A DNA stretch of 64,000 nucleotides from Cyanophora paradoxa CCMP329 (lineage: Eukaryota; Plantae; Glaucophyta), in NCBI GenBank assembly GCA_004431415.1, contig QPMI01000662.1:117747-181746 (forward strand), written 5' to 3'. Shown piece after piece: positions 34,988 to 45,962 of the stretch. A program made the position numbers and the translations under genes. How positions within the stretch are numbered: position 1 is the stretch's first letter; each line of letters opens with the position of its first letter. Below the pieces are notes generated by a model. That model saw only the letters and a program-made list of their open reading frames with translations. It was not told the DNA's origin and searched no databases.

Positions 34988-35832
34988 ATGGCTGCACCTG
35001 CACCACCTGAACGCATCTTAACTGCGCAACTATCGTTAGCTGCGCCCGCAAACCACGTATTACAGCATGCTATTATCGATAATATCGATGGTCTCGAATC
35101 CACAGAAATCGCACCAACTCTCAATACCTTCGGTGATACTCATATGCTGAGACTGAGAGAGTTGCGATGTGACACCAACAGTGGAGTGGTGAAAACAACG
35201 AGACTTCTTGTAACAAATGCGAACTTCAACGCTCATTATGGAGATCCCGACAGTTACAATGATGATAATAAGGTTACCAACTTTGCTTACGAAGCAAGAA
35301 GGGGCGCAATTAAATGTAGATCCGGAGGCGCTTATATTGGGACGGACTAAGAGTTGGTGGTATCATTGGAGCGCCTCTAATCGTAAATGACCAACCCAAT
35401 CCTGATGATGAAAACACGAGAATTAGAACGTATTGCCCGGGTATGAATGAACCTTACATTATTAAAATAAACACGATTATAATAAACCTGCAAACTGCCG
35501 TAATTGACATAATAGAACCGCTGGGAAACCATTACAGATATACCGAAAAGCTACCTGCGGATATTTATGCATTATGTAGGAGAACCGATGGAGCAAGACC
35601 ACGTATTACAGTTCAAGTAGTCCCCGTCGATAATTTTGGTCTTGCTTTCCATTCATTGCCTCTTTTGGATACGCAAGATGATGAATATATAATTAGGGCA
35701 ACACAACAAGGAACATTCACTGTTATTATGTATGCCGAAAGAAACGATGCAATCGCAAGAGGAAACCGCTATGGTCAATATCTAACCACAAATCTCTATA
35801 ATCCCATCGGCGGTAGCGATCCGCTACCATAA
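34988..35832 (+). CDS. Hypothetical protein B of a paralogue pair (frameshifted)
   Basis: RLRELRCDTNSGVVKTTRLLVTNANF...EKLPADIYALCR...ITVQVVP...MYAERND...SDPLP*. Confidence 0.55.
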
Positions 35833-35853
35833 ATCTACGGTATATATAGAGGA

Positions 35854-36126
35854 ATGGATGAAAAAACAAGGAGATTTATTGAGTCTGCGATAATGGTTCA
35901 TGGACTTGATAAGTTTGATTACACCGAAACTGTCTATAAAAAGGCGCAAGAGAAGGTATCTGTGAGATGCCTGCAATGTAATAAAGTCTTTCAGACTTAT
36001 GGATTTAACCATATTAAGGGGTCAGGTTGCCGACAGTGTTCTAAGAAACACTCACATGCATACAGAAAAAAAACTACATGGGGAATAGTAATAGAAGAGA
36101 AACCGATTATGTTATATTTTGATTAG
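35854..36126 (+). CDS. Small Zn-finger protein (DUF723-like repeat found in phage/giant-virus endonucleases)
   Basis: FIESAIMVHGLDKFDYTETVYKKAQEKVSVRCLQC...NHIKGSGCRQC pattern. Confidence 0.6.
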   Translation: MDEKTRRFIESAIMVHGLDKFDYTETVYKKAQEKVSVRCLQCNKVFQTYGFNHIKGSGCRQCSKKHSHAYRKKTTWGIVIEEKPIMLYFD

Positions 36127-36312
36127 AGTTTCGAAAGAGAAATGAGCATCTTTCCGCATTTACCTTTGGTTATTATGCAAGTATCAAAGCAATTCGGACA
36201 TGTCTTATGATAATGGAGCATTATGATATCGACCAACTCATACGGAAATACTTTCGCTAAGATGGTTCGCATCCTACCAATTTCGTTTTTTATTTTTCTA
36301 TATAATTCATAA

Positions 36313-36711
36313 ATGAATCATCGCGGTTCCCATGTAATGTTAGATTACAAGTTCAATCATCCATTGATGGTGGGATTGGAAAACTTGGAGACCACAACAA
36401 CGTGGTTAATGCAATTTTTACAATCTATTATACAAGAGCAAGGTATCCGAGTTGTTCACAAGCATTGCGAGATTTTCGATGGTGGTGTTTCGCCACCCGG
36501 TTTTGCTATGGTATTACTTCTTGATGAGAGCCATTTAACCGCTCATTGTTATTCGGATCAAGGAATGTTAGCGATTGATGTATTCACTTGCGGAACAGAA
36601 GCGCAAAGTAAGACCTCCGTAATATCTAAATTGATAGATGAGAGAATAACAGAGATCTTTTCAGGGTTGGAGAAAGCGGAGAAGCAGATAGCAGCGCGAT
36701 TTCCGAGTTAA
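36313..36711 (+). CDS. speD: Pyruvoyl-dependent S-adenosylmethionine decarboxylase proenzyme family (prokaryotic SpeD/SpeH type)
   Basis: GSHVMLD, PPGFAMVLLLDESHLTAHCY (E-S self-cleavage site) and AIDVFTCG. Confidence 0.85.
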   Translation: MNHRGSHVMLDYKFNHPLMVGLENLETTTTWLMQFLQSIIQEQGIRVVHKHCEIFDGGVSPPGFAMVLLLDESHLTAHCYSDQGMLAIDVFTCGTEAQSKTSVISKLIDERITEIFSGLEKAEKQIAARFPS

Positions 36712-37820
36712 TCACACTGAGATTTTGAAGAAATATAACATGTCTTATTGAATATCGTCATGTGTAACAGGTGTAACAGGTAAATCCCAAACTTCGCTCC
36801 TAGGGAGGCCAAAAACCCAAAACTTTGGGATTTACCTGTTACACCTGTTACACCTTGGGATTCACCTGTTACATCTATCAAACAAAGCATTAATATATTC
36901 GATTCCTTACATTGATTATAGTGTCATGTAACAGGTGTAACAGGTGTTTCCCAAACTTTCCTCATAGGAGATGAAAAATCCAAAACTTTGGGATTTACCT
37001 GTTACACCCGTTACACCTTGGGATTCACCTGTTACACATTGATTATCGACTGTTTAATTGGACATGTTACACTTGAAACACAATTTTGATACAGTAAAAA
37101 ACAGAATCCAATCTCATCGATTGTTTAATTGGACATAATGCAACTCTGGGGTCATTTTTGATACAGTAGAAATTTAACAGGAATCTTATCGATTGTTTAA
37201 TTGGACGTAATGCAACTCTGGGGTCATTTTTGTTTCCCGAAATCTCATCGATTGTTTAATTGGACATAATGCAACTCTGGGGTCATTTTTGTTTCCCGCA
37301 ATCTCATCGATTGTTTAATTGGACGTAATGCAACTCTGGGTCATTTTTGTTTCCCGGAATCTCATCGATTGTTTAATTGGACGTAATGCAACTCTGTGTG
37401 AATTTTTGCGTTTTACAATAGAATGGGCGGTGGACTACTTCATTCGTGATTATATCACAAAAATTATGTTCCTTCAATCGAGATTATATCGAATTTGCAT
37501 ATTAATCGCGTTTATTGCGTTAAAATCACACATAGAGAAACGCGGCGTTTAAACCGGAGGCAAGATCTAATTAAGATCCAGTTATATTATTCGGAAACTT
37601 ATACAAATTCACGATTGATTTAAGTAAGACAAATCGAAATTAAGATAAATTTACCATAGAACATCAATAAATTATAAATGAAATACACAAAAATCAAAAT
37701 ATTTAATAATTTGATAGATTTCACACAGATTATCGATTGATTGATATAAAATATACGAGAGATATTAACAAGATCAATTAAGATTAGCCGAGGGTTTAAA
37801 CGCCGCGTTTCTCTATGTGT
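36605..37820 (-). repeat. Right terminal inverted repeat (1216 bp), including the 293-bp fold-back at 37528-37820
   Basis: Reverse complement of 8729-9945; ends ...TTTCTCTATGTGT. Confidence 0.93.
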
Positions 37821-37826
37821 CGCGCC
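37821..37826. repeat. Right target-site duplication CGCGCC
   Basis: Identical to 8723-8728. Confidence 0.95.
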
Positions 37827-38206
37827 TCCTTCTGGGGCCCGTGGAAGTGGACGAAGCGGGCGGTGGAGGCCTGGACGCCGCACTCGCGGAGGAGCCTCGG
37901 AGGTCGCAGAGGCGCACCCCCGTCCACTCGTGCGTGCCCGCCACGCCGGCGCCCCACCCGAAGCCCGACGTCTTCTTGACCATCTGGATCTCCTTGCGGC
38001 GGTTCCCCGAGCAGACGATGGTGACGGGGATGGTGGCGGAGGGGAGGGCGGCGAGCTCGTCCATCGATCGCGAGAAGGAGCGCGGGGCGAGCACGTGCCC
38101 CTCCACCTGCGCGGAGCCTCTCAGAGAGGCGGAGAAGTCGCGTCCGCTCCGCGCTGCGGTGAGCGCGCACGGTGAGGCGGTGAGACGCCCAGTCGGTCTT
38201 CACAGC
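37821..38206 (-). pseudogene. Nitrate reductase, 5' Moco-domain exons (frameshifted)
   Basis: VKTDWASHRLTV|EGHVLAPRSF..MDEL...PVTIVCSGNRRKE (Moco-ligating Cys motif)...GFGWGAG...WTGVRLCDL/LRECGV...FVHFHGPQKE. An 8-bp insertion at 37891-37898 shifts the frame, and no intact N-terminal exons were recognised upstream. Confidence 0.8.
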
Positions 38207-38222
38207 CTGCACATGCAAATTG

Positions 38223-38385
38223 ATAAAGGGCCACTGACTTGCTGAGCGCGTCAGTTGGGTCCGGGGAAGGGAAATTATAAAGGGCCACTGACTTGCTGAG
38301 CGCGTCAGTTGGGTCCGGGGAAGGGAAATTATAAAGGGCCACTGACTTGCTGAGCGCGTCAGTTGGGTCCGGGGAAGGGAAATTA
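38223..38385 (+). repeat. 54-bp tandem repeat, three copies
   Basis: ATAAAGGGCCACTGACTTGCTGAGCGCGTCAGTTGGGTCCGGGGAAGGGAAATT at 38223, 38277 and 38331. Confidence 0.95.
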
Positions 38386-39251
38386 AAAACAACAGCTAGG
38401 CTGAAGGTGCGACGGCTCGACTTAAGGTTTGGCAAATTCAGAGATCTAGATCTAAAGCAGGAAAAGCTTAAGGAAGAAACTCATGATCAAGGCTGGCCGC
38501 CGGGCCATATGCATGGCCTCCGGGCCGGCGCCAGGCAACTGGCAAGCTGTCTCAGAGTCTTCAAGTCTCAGCGACTGTTTTCTAGAAGAGGTAGGTATAG
38601 GACGCGGGGGGATGCGTACCTTGCCATGGCCAAGTTGTACGTATACCCGCGGCCGTGTCCCCATCGAGCTTGCCCCATCGACGTCGCGCGTGGCCAGAAG
38701 CTAGCGATGTCAGCCATGGCTTACGCCGTGACGGGGCCAGCCGCGCCGACGGGCCAGCGCGCGTCGGCGCGGCTGGCAGGTGCACGCGTACGGCGCGGAG
38801 CCGAGGAGCGCGGCGGGCGCGCGCGCGCCGCGCGCGCTCTGGCTGCTCTTGGGTAAGCGGCCGAGGGGATCCATATGCATAAGCATTGCGCATGCGCACA
38901 TCGCACATCGCTAGCGGGCGCCATGGCAGCGCGCGCATGCGCAGCGGCTCGCGCATGCATGCGCCATGGCGTCGAGGGGCCGGTAGCGCATGCGCCGCAC
39001 GGGCGTGGGCATGGCCGGCCGTAGGCGAAAGCTGGTGTGCATGCGGCCGGCTCGCTCAGTTGGCGCGGTTGGGTCGTGCGCGGCTGGCTCGGCTAGCTAT
39101 ATAGCAAACTGCCGTGCGCGCGCGAGAGAAGAGCGAAAGTGTCGAACCGAGCGGAGCTGCGCCCGGGGCCACTGCGCATCGGCCAGTTGGGGGGGGAGAG
39201 GAATGGGGGGTTCCGTAAAAAGACTTTTGCAGAGCGTTTCTGACTCTGCAA

Positions 39252-39740
39252 TAGGGCTGGGTCCAGTGAAACCAGTGGAGGGTCGAGGGTCCCACTGCAC
39301 TGACTCAGTGGAGATTTTGGCTCACTCGCACAAAGAAAATTGTATGAGGCCAGTGAGCCGGACCTCAGCCAGCGCTGCGTGGGGGGGTATCCGGCGCCAC
39401 AAAATTAGGACCCATCCGCCACCTAGCAATTTAGGTGGAACGTCGTGGGGGTACTTTACGTCGGAGTGCTGCAGGCCGCGGCGCGAAGCTTAAGGGTGTG
39501 CAGCGTCGAGAAGCACTGCGATTCTGACAATGGCATGCGTATGACCTCTAAACATATCGAAAGCCCGTGGAAACAGTTTAGGCACGTAGTGTCTTGAAGC
39601 TCAGCGAGATTTAGGTCCTTTTTGGTCGTTTTTCGTGTAAAAGAACACGTACCACCTTCTCACTGGTAGTCACTGAGTGAGTTTGACGCAAAAAGTCCAC
39701 TGACTGAGTGGACCCGGGAGCTCCACTGAACCCAGCCCTA
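39252..39740. mobile_element. Non-autonomous hAT-like DNA transposon (MITE, 489 bp)
   Basis: TIRs TAGGGCTGGGTCCAGTG / CACTGAACCCAGCCCTA, 8-bp TSD CTCTGCAA (39244-39251 and 39741-39748), and subterminal CAGTG/CACTG repeats. Confidence 0.88.
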
Positions 39741-40603
39741 CTCTGCAACATGATTGGCTAGCACGCGCGGCGATCTCCTGCGCTACCGCGCTGGCGCACG
39801 GCCTTGCTCTTGCATTACGGAATGTCGGATATGATGCGGCGCAACGACCTCGAACTGGTTTGGCCCGTATATCTGCACCCTGTGCGTCGCTGGACCCGTT
39901 TTTGTCCCGGGTGTTGGTGCTGTTCCTGGGTCACCCTTCGGTCGGACGGGACCGGGAGACATGGTTTCGAGGTCCCCTTGGGATGCGCTTTCAGGACGTA
40001 CCGCGCGGCCCGGGTTTTGCGGAGGTCGGGGAAATGAAATTTGGGGTAGGGCTGGGCGCCACGCTCCCGATCGGGCGCGCCTTCGCTCGGCAGATTTGGC
40101 CGATCCCATTGCGATGTGCTGCGCGCTATTGCTTTGCGCTTCTACGTATACGAGCCGGTGTACGAACGGAAGGTGAGCGACTCTCGGCGATCGTCACGAA
40201 CAGCTGCAGCTGCGCATGCACAGCTGCGCATGCAGCACGTGGCTGCCCGGCGTTAACGTTCGCGTACGCGTGGGCTGGCGATTACGTTAACGTTAACGTT
40301 TAGCCGGCATGGCACCCCGTATACGTACTGCGCGTGCGCGGTAAGCGCGCGCGCGGTCGACGTCGACATCGATATCCAGATCGATCCCGGCATGATCGTT
40401 GAACGGCACACTGTGGCACATATGCATGTACACCATCGCATACTGGGCTAAGCCTCCACTGGGCTAAGCGCAAGGCCAGGCCCTCGCGCGATCGCCAACA
40501 AATATTACCGCTGCTGCAGCTGGCCTCGGTCGGCTGCGCATGCCATAGGCCCAGCTATAGGTCCGACGGCTGTCGGGGCGCGCGCTGCGGCGGGGCGGCT
40601 CGG

Positions 40604-43600
40604 CTAGGTGCGCTTGCGGGCGAGGCGGCGGAGGAAGAAGAAGGCGAGGAGGCGGTAGGCGACGACCATGCCCAGCAGGATGAGCAGGCTCACCCCCACG
40701 CTCCGCTCCGACAGCGACATCGACCTGCCCGCCCTCGCGGTCAGGCGCGCTCGATGGGGCCGTGGGGGCCTGGGGCGCACCTGATGACGCTCTCGCCGGT
40801 GATGCAGGCGCCGGGGGCGGGGTCGCAGAAGGTCGCCCCCTCGAACTCGTTGCGGATGAACGACTCGTACGCGTACTTGAAGAACGATAGGTACTCGATC
40901 CAGATGAAGTATTTCGGGATTGACGAGAACGTTATGAAGAAGCCGCCGAAGAGCATCATGATGACGATGAAGATCGGCGCGATCGCCTGCGCGGCGGGGG
41001 AGGTCGGGCCTTGCCTCTGCCCCGGGGCCGGGGGCCGGGGGGGCGGGGGTGGGGCGGACGTTGGCGGCGGCGACGTTGCCGGTGAGGGCCCCGACGGCCG
41101 ACACGTACGAGCTCGCCACCGCCGCGATGAGAATCACTGAGCAATGGTGGAAGGGTCAGTCAACTCGGATCGGAGGGGGTCGAGCGAGAGGGAGGCTCAG
41201 GGGGCGGGGGGCCACCGGTGATGACGAAGAGGATGTAGCGCTCGCCGGCGGGGTTGAGGCCCGTCATCCAGTAGAGGATCGTCCCGAAGATGAAGGGGAA
41301 GATCACCCGCTGCGGCACCTCCGTCAGCGACTTCGCCACTGCGCCCCGTGCCGCCACCGTCAGCAGGGGGACGGAGAGGGAGGGGGGTAGGGGCGGGGCG
41401 CGCTGAAGAAGGTCGAAGGTCGGTACGCCCCCGCCGCCGTCTCCCGGACGAACAGCTCGCGCTCTTGCAGGACTGGAGCGCGCGGTACCCCGGTGAGGGG
41501 AGGGGAGGGGGGGAGGTAGGGGGATAGGGGCGTACAAAGGGTAAGGGAGGCCATAGCCCCGAAGGCCTGGTTGGGGATGACGAAGAAAAGAACCCTGGGG
41601 AAGGGGGATGTGTGTGTGTGTGGGGGGTACAGATCGCGGGGGAGGAGGGTGCGCTGACCCGATGCGGTCGCGGGAGTTGGTGATGGTGTACCCCAATCGG
41701 AGGTAGATCAGGCCGATGAAGACGGAGAGGAAGATCTGGTGGGGGGAGGGGGTACGGTGATCAGGCGGGGCCGAGTGGGGGCGGGGGGGCGGGGGCGGGC
41801 GGACGGCCTGGACGAGCTGGATGGTCGTCGCGAAGGGGTTCCGCACGTCCGCCAGCAGCTGCCCGCGCCCCGCGTGAGATCGAGAGAGGGGCGGGCGGGC
41901 GGGGGTACGGCGCGCCTGCTGGCGGAGGAGGATCCAGAACTCGCGGCCCCAGCTGTTCGCGTACTCCCGGAGCGAGTCGCCCTGCAGCGCCGGCACGTCG
42001 TGGAGGATCGAGAGGGCCCCGCCGGGGCCGGCGCCGCCCGACGTGGAGCCGCCGGGCCCCTGCAGGTCGACCACCGCCGGGCCCGAGGCCCCCGCCAGGT
42101 ACCCCGACGCCGGCGCCGGCGCCCCCGGCTGCTCGCCCCCGCGTCAGTCAGGCCCGCGCGAGACGGGCAAGAGCGGCGAGCAAGCGGGCGGGCCTTGATG
42201 GGCGTCTCCCGGCCGCTCCCGTCGAGCGCGACGTCGACGCGGGCCTGCGGCGGCGGCGGCAGGCTCGGCCGCTTCCCGGGCTGCGCGCGCCAGCGAGCAA
42301 GCCTCGTCAGGCGGGCCGGCGGGGCGGCGGGCACAGGCCGCAGGGCGCGCCTCCCTGCGGTAGAGGAGGTGGGTGTCGGCGAGCTGGGCCCCCACGCTGT
42401 CCTCCGAGATCACGTCGATGAAGAAGTCCGCCGGGTCTGCGCCCGCGCCCCCCGCCCCGTAAGCCGGCGAGCCGGCCGGCGCTGCGGAGGCGGCGGGGCG
42501 AACTGGTGAAGGGGGCGCAGTGGTGCCCGTGGGCGTCGAAGTAGTTCGTGGCCGAGGCAGCGTCCCCGCGTACACCACTGGCCGGCCCCGCCCGGCGCGG
42601 GCCCCGCGTCGGCGCCGGCGGGGCGCCGGGGCTTGGGGGCGGGCGGGGCGGGGCGGACCGCGGCCCTGGGACATGAGGATGAGCTTGTCGAAGAGGGCGA
42701 AGATGTTCGAGCGCGGCTGGTGGATTGTCGTCACCACCGTCCGCCCGTGCTGCCCCGCCAGCCCGCTCAGCGGCGCCGGCGCGGCGGGGCCCGGGCCAGG
42801 CGGACCTTGGCGAGGCGGAGGAGGGTCTGCATGAGCGTCAGCGCCGCCGTCGAGTCCAGCCCGCTCTGCGACGCGGTGCGGGGGCGGCGGGTCAGCCGGG
42901 GCGAGAGCGGCGGAGGCGTGCGGCGGGCGGGGCCACCGTCGGCTCGTCGAGGAACAGGATCATGGGGCTGCAGCGCCGCGCGAGTCAGCGCAGGGCGCGG
43001 CGGCTCGAGTGCCGCGCGCGCGCTCTCTCTGGGTGTGGGCAGCGCGCCTGGTGAGGAGTTCGCAGCCGATGCTGACGCGCTTGCGCTCGCCGCCCGAGAT
43101 GCCGCGCTTCAGCGCGTCCCCGATCCGCGTATCCACAACCTGCGAGCGCCCCGGCGTCAGCCGCGCGCCGGCCAGGCATCCAGCGCAGGCGGCGGGACGG
43201 CGCGCCTTGGTGAGGCCGAGCTCCTGGATGACTGCCATCACCTGCCCGCCGAGCGCTTCAGCAGAGGGAAGGAAACGAGGGAAACGCGCGGCGTGGGCGG
43301 GGGGCGCGCCTTCTTCTCCTTGGCGGTGCGGCCCATCTCCTCGGGGAGCCGCAGCTCCGCCGCGAACCTGCCCCACGCTAAGAAAAGTTGCGGAAGCCTC
43401 AAAGCTTCCTTTCGGCGCACATGAGCGTCTCCTTCACGGTCAGGGTACTCCTCAGCACGTCGTCCTGCGCCGGAAACATTCGATCTGCGCGGAAAGGAGG
43501 CAAAAGGGAACGCGGGGACCTGCAGCACATAGCCAGCGATGCGCTTGAAGTACTTGTCTCGCGGCCGTCCGTTCAAAAGGATCTCGCCCGTCAGCGTTTT

Positions 43601-44013
43601 CGACGTACCGGCGCGGCCCTGCGCGGACCGTGAGGCTCGGCGCGCGCGGACGCGCCGTGGGCGCCACGCACGGCAAGGACGTTCAGAAGGCTCGTCTTTC
43701 CGCCTCCGCTTGGCCCCATGATGGCCAGGAGGTGCCCAGGCTGCACGTCGCCGCTGACCTCCTGCGCGAGCCTGAGCCGGAGTGGGCGCGCCGCGTTCCG
43801 AATAGTAACGCACGCGCAGAATGGGCTTATCCTGCTTCTTCTTCTGGCCCTTGACCTGGGGCCGGCCGGCGGTCAGTTCCGGCGGCAAGAGCGGGCTGGG
43901 TGCCCGCAAACCTTCACAGGTATTGTGTAACTGAGGTTCTCCCACGACAGCGAGCACCCATTCCCGTATCCTCGCATGGTGTCCTTTCCGGTTTTCGCCC
44001 CCAGGTCCTCCAT
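40604..44013 (-). CDS. ABCG (White-like) half transporter, multi-exon
   Basis: [19 protein letters not shown] Walker [13 protein letters not shown] signature, LFLDEPT|[20 protein letters not shown], and ABC2 membrane domain (MLFGGFFI...[19 protein letters not shown]). Confidence 0.92.
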
Positions 44014-45158
44014 CGCAGCGCCTGCAGCCAGCTGCGGGGAGACTCTAGCCACCGCAGAGGCCGTCTTGCCGAACGGCTCGTTGAGATCTGCACCAGCGCA
44101 GGATGCAGAGTTGATATGAGCGAGAGCGAACAACTGTAAAACGAGCGGCGCGCCGCGCACCGCTTTCCGGTGGCAGCGGGCGCCGAACCTCGCCGGTTCT
44201 CAGCTAGGGCGCGGGCGGATGAGTCCAAGCTGCGTTCAGGAGAGTAATTACAATCAGTGAAACAACGGCGCGCCGCACTGGGTCGGTGCTCGGCCGCACG
44301 TGCCCAGCGCTCAGCGCTGTATCCAATGCATGCGCGGGCGGCCGACGAACCTGACGAGGCTACAGCCTACAGGAATGCTTGAACTGATGCTCTCCGACTG
44401 CAGGCTGCAGGCCGCAAGAGCGACGTAATCCTCACGTCGACGGGGGGATGAACTTTCCGCAAGCCCTATACCCGTCGTGGTGACCGTGTTGCAGTCCGGC
44501 GGCGCGGCGCGCGGCCGCGGCCGGTGTTGCGCTGGCCTCGTACGAATTTGGCCTCGTGCTTCGAATTCCAACGTTGACGTCAACGGCGGTCATGCAGGCG
44601 GCAGCTGCGGCGCGGCCGCCGGGCCGCGTACGCGTGGCCATGGCGCTGGCCTCGCACGCGATCGATCGCGAAGTCCCAGGAATTCCGGTGTTTCGGTGCC
44701 GGCGTTGTTTCGAATTCCAACGCGTACCTCAGCGTACGCGTGAGCTGTACATGTATTCTGCCAGCGGCTAAGCTTAAGTAACGCATTTAATTAGCTGAGC
44801 TCAAGCGCTAGCCCGGCCGGCCGCGGGCGCCGGCCCGTCAGGGGCTCGGGACGTCGACAGAGATTTTCGAGAGGCGACTCAGCTGCAGCGAGCCTCGGAG
44901 CGCCGGCGCCCTCGAGCTCGATCGATTTCAGCGCTAGCTCAAGCTCCAGCAAACGCTAGCGCTCATGATCAAGCGTATTAAGTCGATCATGATCAGCTCA
45001 AGCTGGATCAGCCGGGCGACATCAGTGCTTATGATGAAGCCATGATAATGAAAGCTTAAGGAGCCTGCAAGCGAGCTACTGTACATTCTACAAGCTTAGC
45101 TGGGGCTGTAGCTAGCGCTGGAGGGGCGTCCGGCCGCGGCCGCGGTTCGGGCCGCGGG

Positions 45159-45962
45159 TCAGGAGCCGCGGTAGGTGGAGTAGCCAAAGGGGCTGACGAG
45201 GAGCGGCACGTGGTAGTGCTCCTCCGGCCGCTCGATCACGAAGTGCACCTGCGCGCCCGGCGGCGCGGCGCCGGCTCCTAAGCTCGAGGCCAGGGCGAGG
45301 CGGGGCGGGGCCGGGCGGACGTGGACGACGGGGTAGAAGCCCTTCTGGCCAGTCGCCGCGAAGTAGCCCGCCGTGTCGAAAACCATCCGGAAGCTCCCTG
45401 CCTGCCCCCGCCGGACGCCGCGTTCAGAGGTCCGGTCAGCCGCGGCCGGCCGGCTGCAGCTGCAGCGCGGCTGCCCGCGATGCAGCGCTGCAGCTGCGAA
45501 GCGCACCTGCAAAGAGTTCGGGGCGAGCAGGTCTGTGATGCGCCCGTTGTCGTCTGTCAGGCCCCGACCCAGCTCTGCGCATGCGCGAGAAGTCGCCGTC
45601 GTCGGCCGGCCGCGCCCGCGGCCGGCCGCAGGGGTCCGCGCGCGTACGACAGCAGATGCGGACCTGCGTAGCTGCCGTCCGCGCGCTGCTGCTCGAGGAC
45701 GATGCGCATTCCCTTGGCCGGTTTGCCCAGCGCCGTGTCCAGACAGTGCGTTGTGATGGGGCTGACCATGCTGCAGTTCGGGCGCTTGGCGGGAGCTTCT
45801 GCGCGCGCGAAGGCCAGCGTATCAGCAAAGAAGCACAAGGCGCCGCCGGCGAGCGAGGCGGCGGCCGCGGAAGCGACGCGCGCGGTGGGCGGGCTCAGGC
45901 ACACCCTGTGGAGCTAGCTGATTCGCGAGGTTGCCGATGCGTCGCTCGGCGGCACGGAGCAT
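45159..45962 (-). CDS. 5-hydroxyisourate hydrolase (transthyretin-like) with N-terminal PTS2 exon
   Basis: SPITTHCLDTALGKPA, TDDNGR, FYP, HYHVPLLVSPFGYSTYRGS. The upstream exon MLRAAERRIGNLANQL splices in frame. Confidence 0.9.

Larger units (their letters stand above)
8729..37820. mobile_element. Endogenous Polinton/Maverick-like virus (integrase-bearing PLV-type element), 29,092 bp
   Basis: Abrupt GC drop and intronless gene-dense block, ~1.2-kb TIRs, 6-bp TSD, and genes for DJR-MCP, pentons, A32 ATPase, pPolB and rve integrase. Confidence 0.95.

Noticed and set aside
37796-38435. ORFs with 18-aa repeats (ISLPRTQLTRSASQWPFI)
   Set aside because: They read through a 54-bp non-coding tandem repeat in the NR intron region.
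4776-45962. Nitrogen-metabolism cluster (NR, viral AdoMetDC, HIU hydrolase)
   Set aside because: No nitrite reductase or nitrate transporter is nearby, NR is damaged and AdoMetDC belongs to the virus; proximity is likely coincidental.
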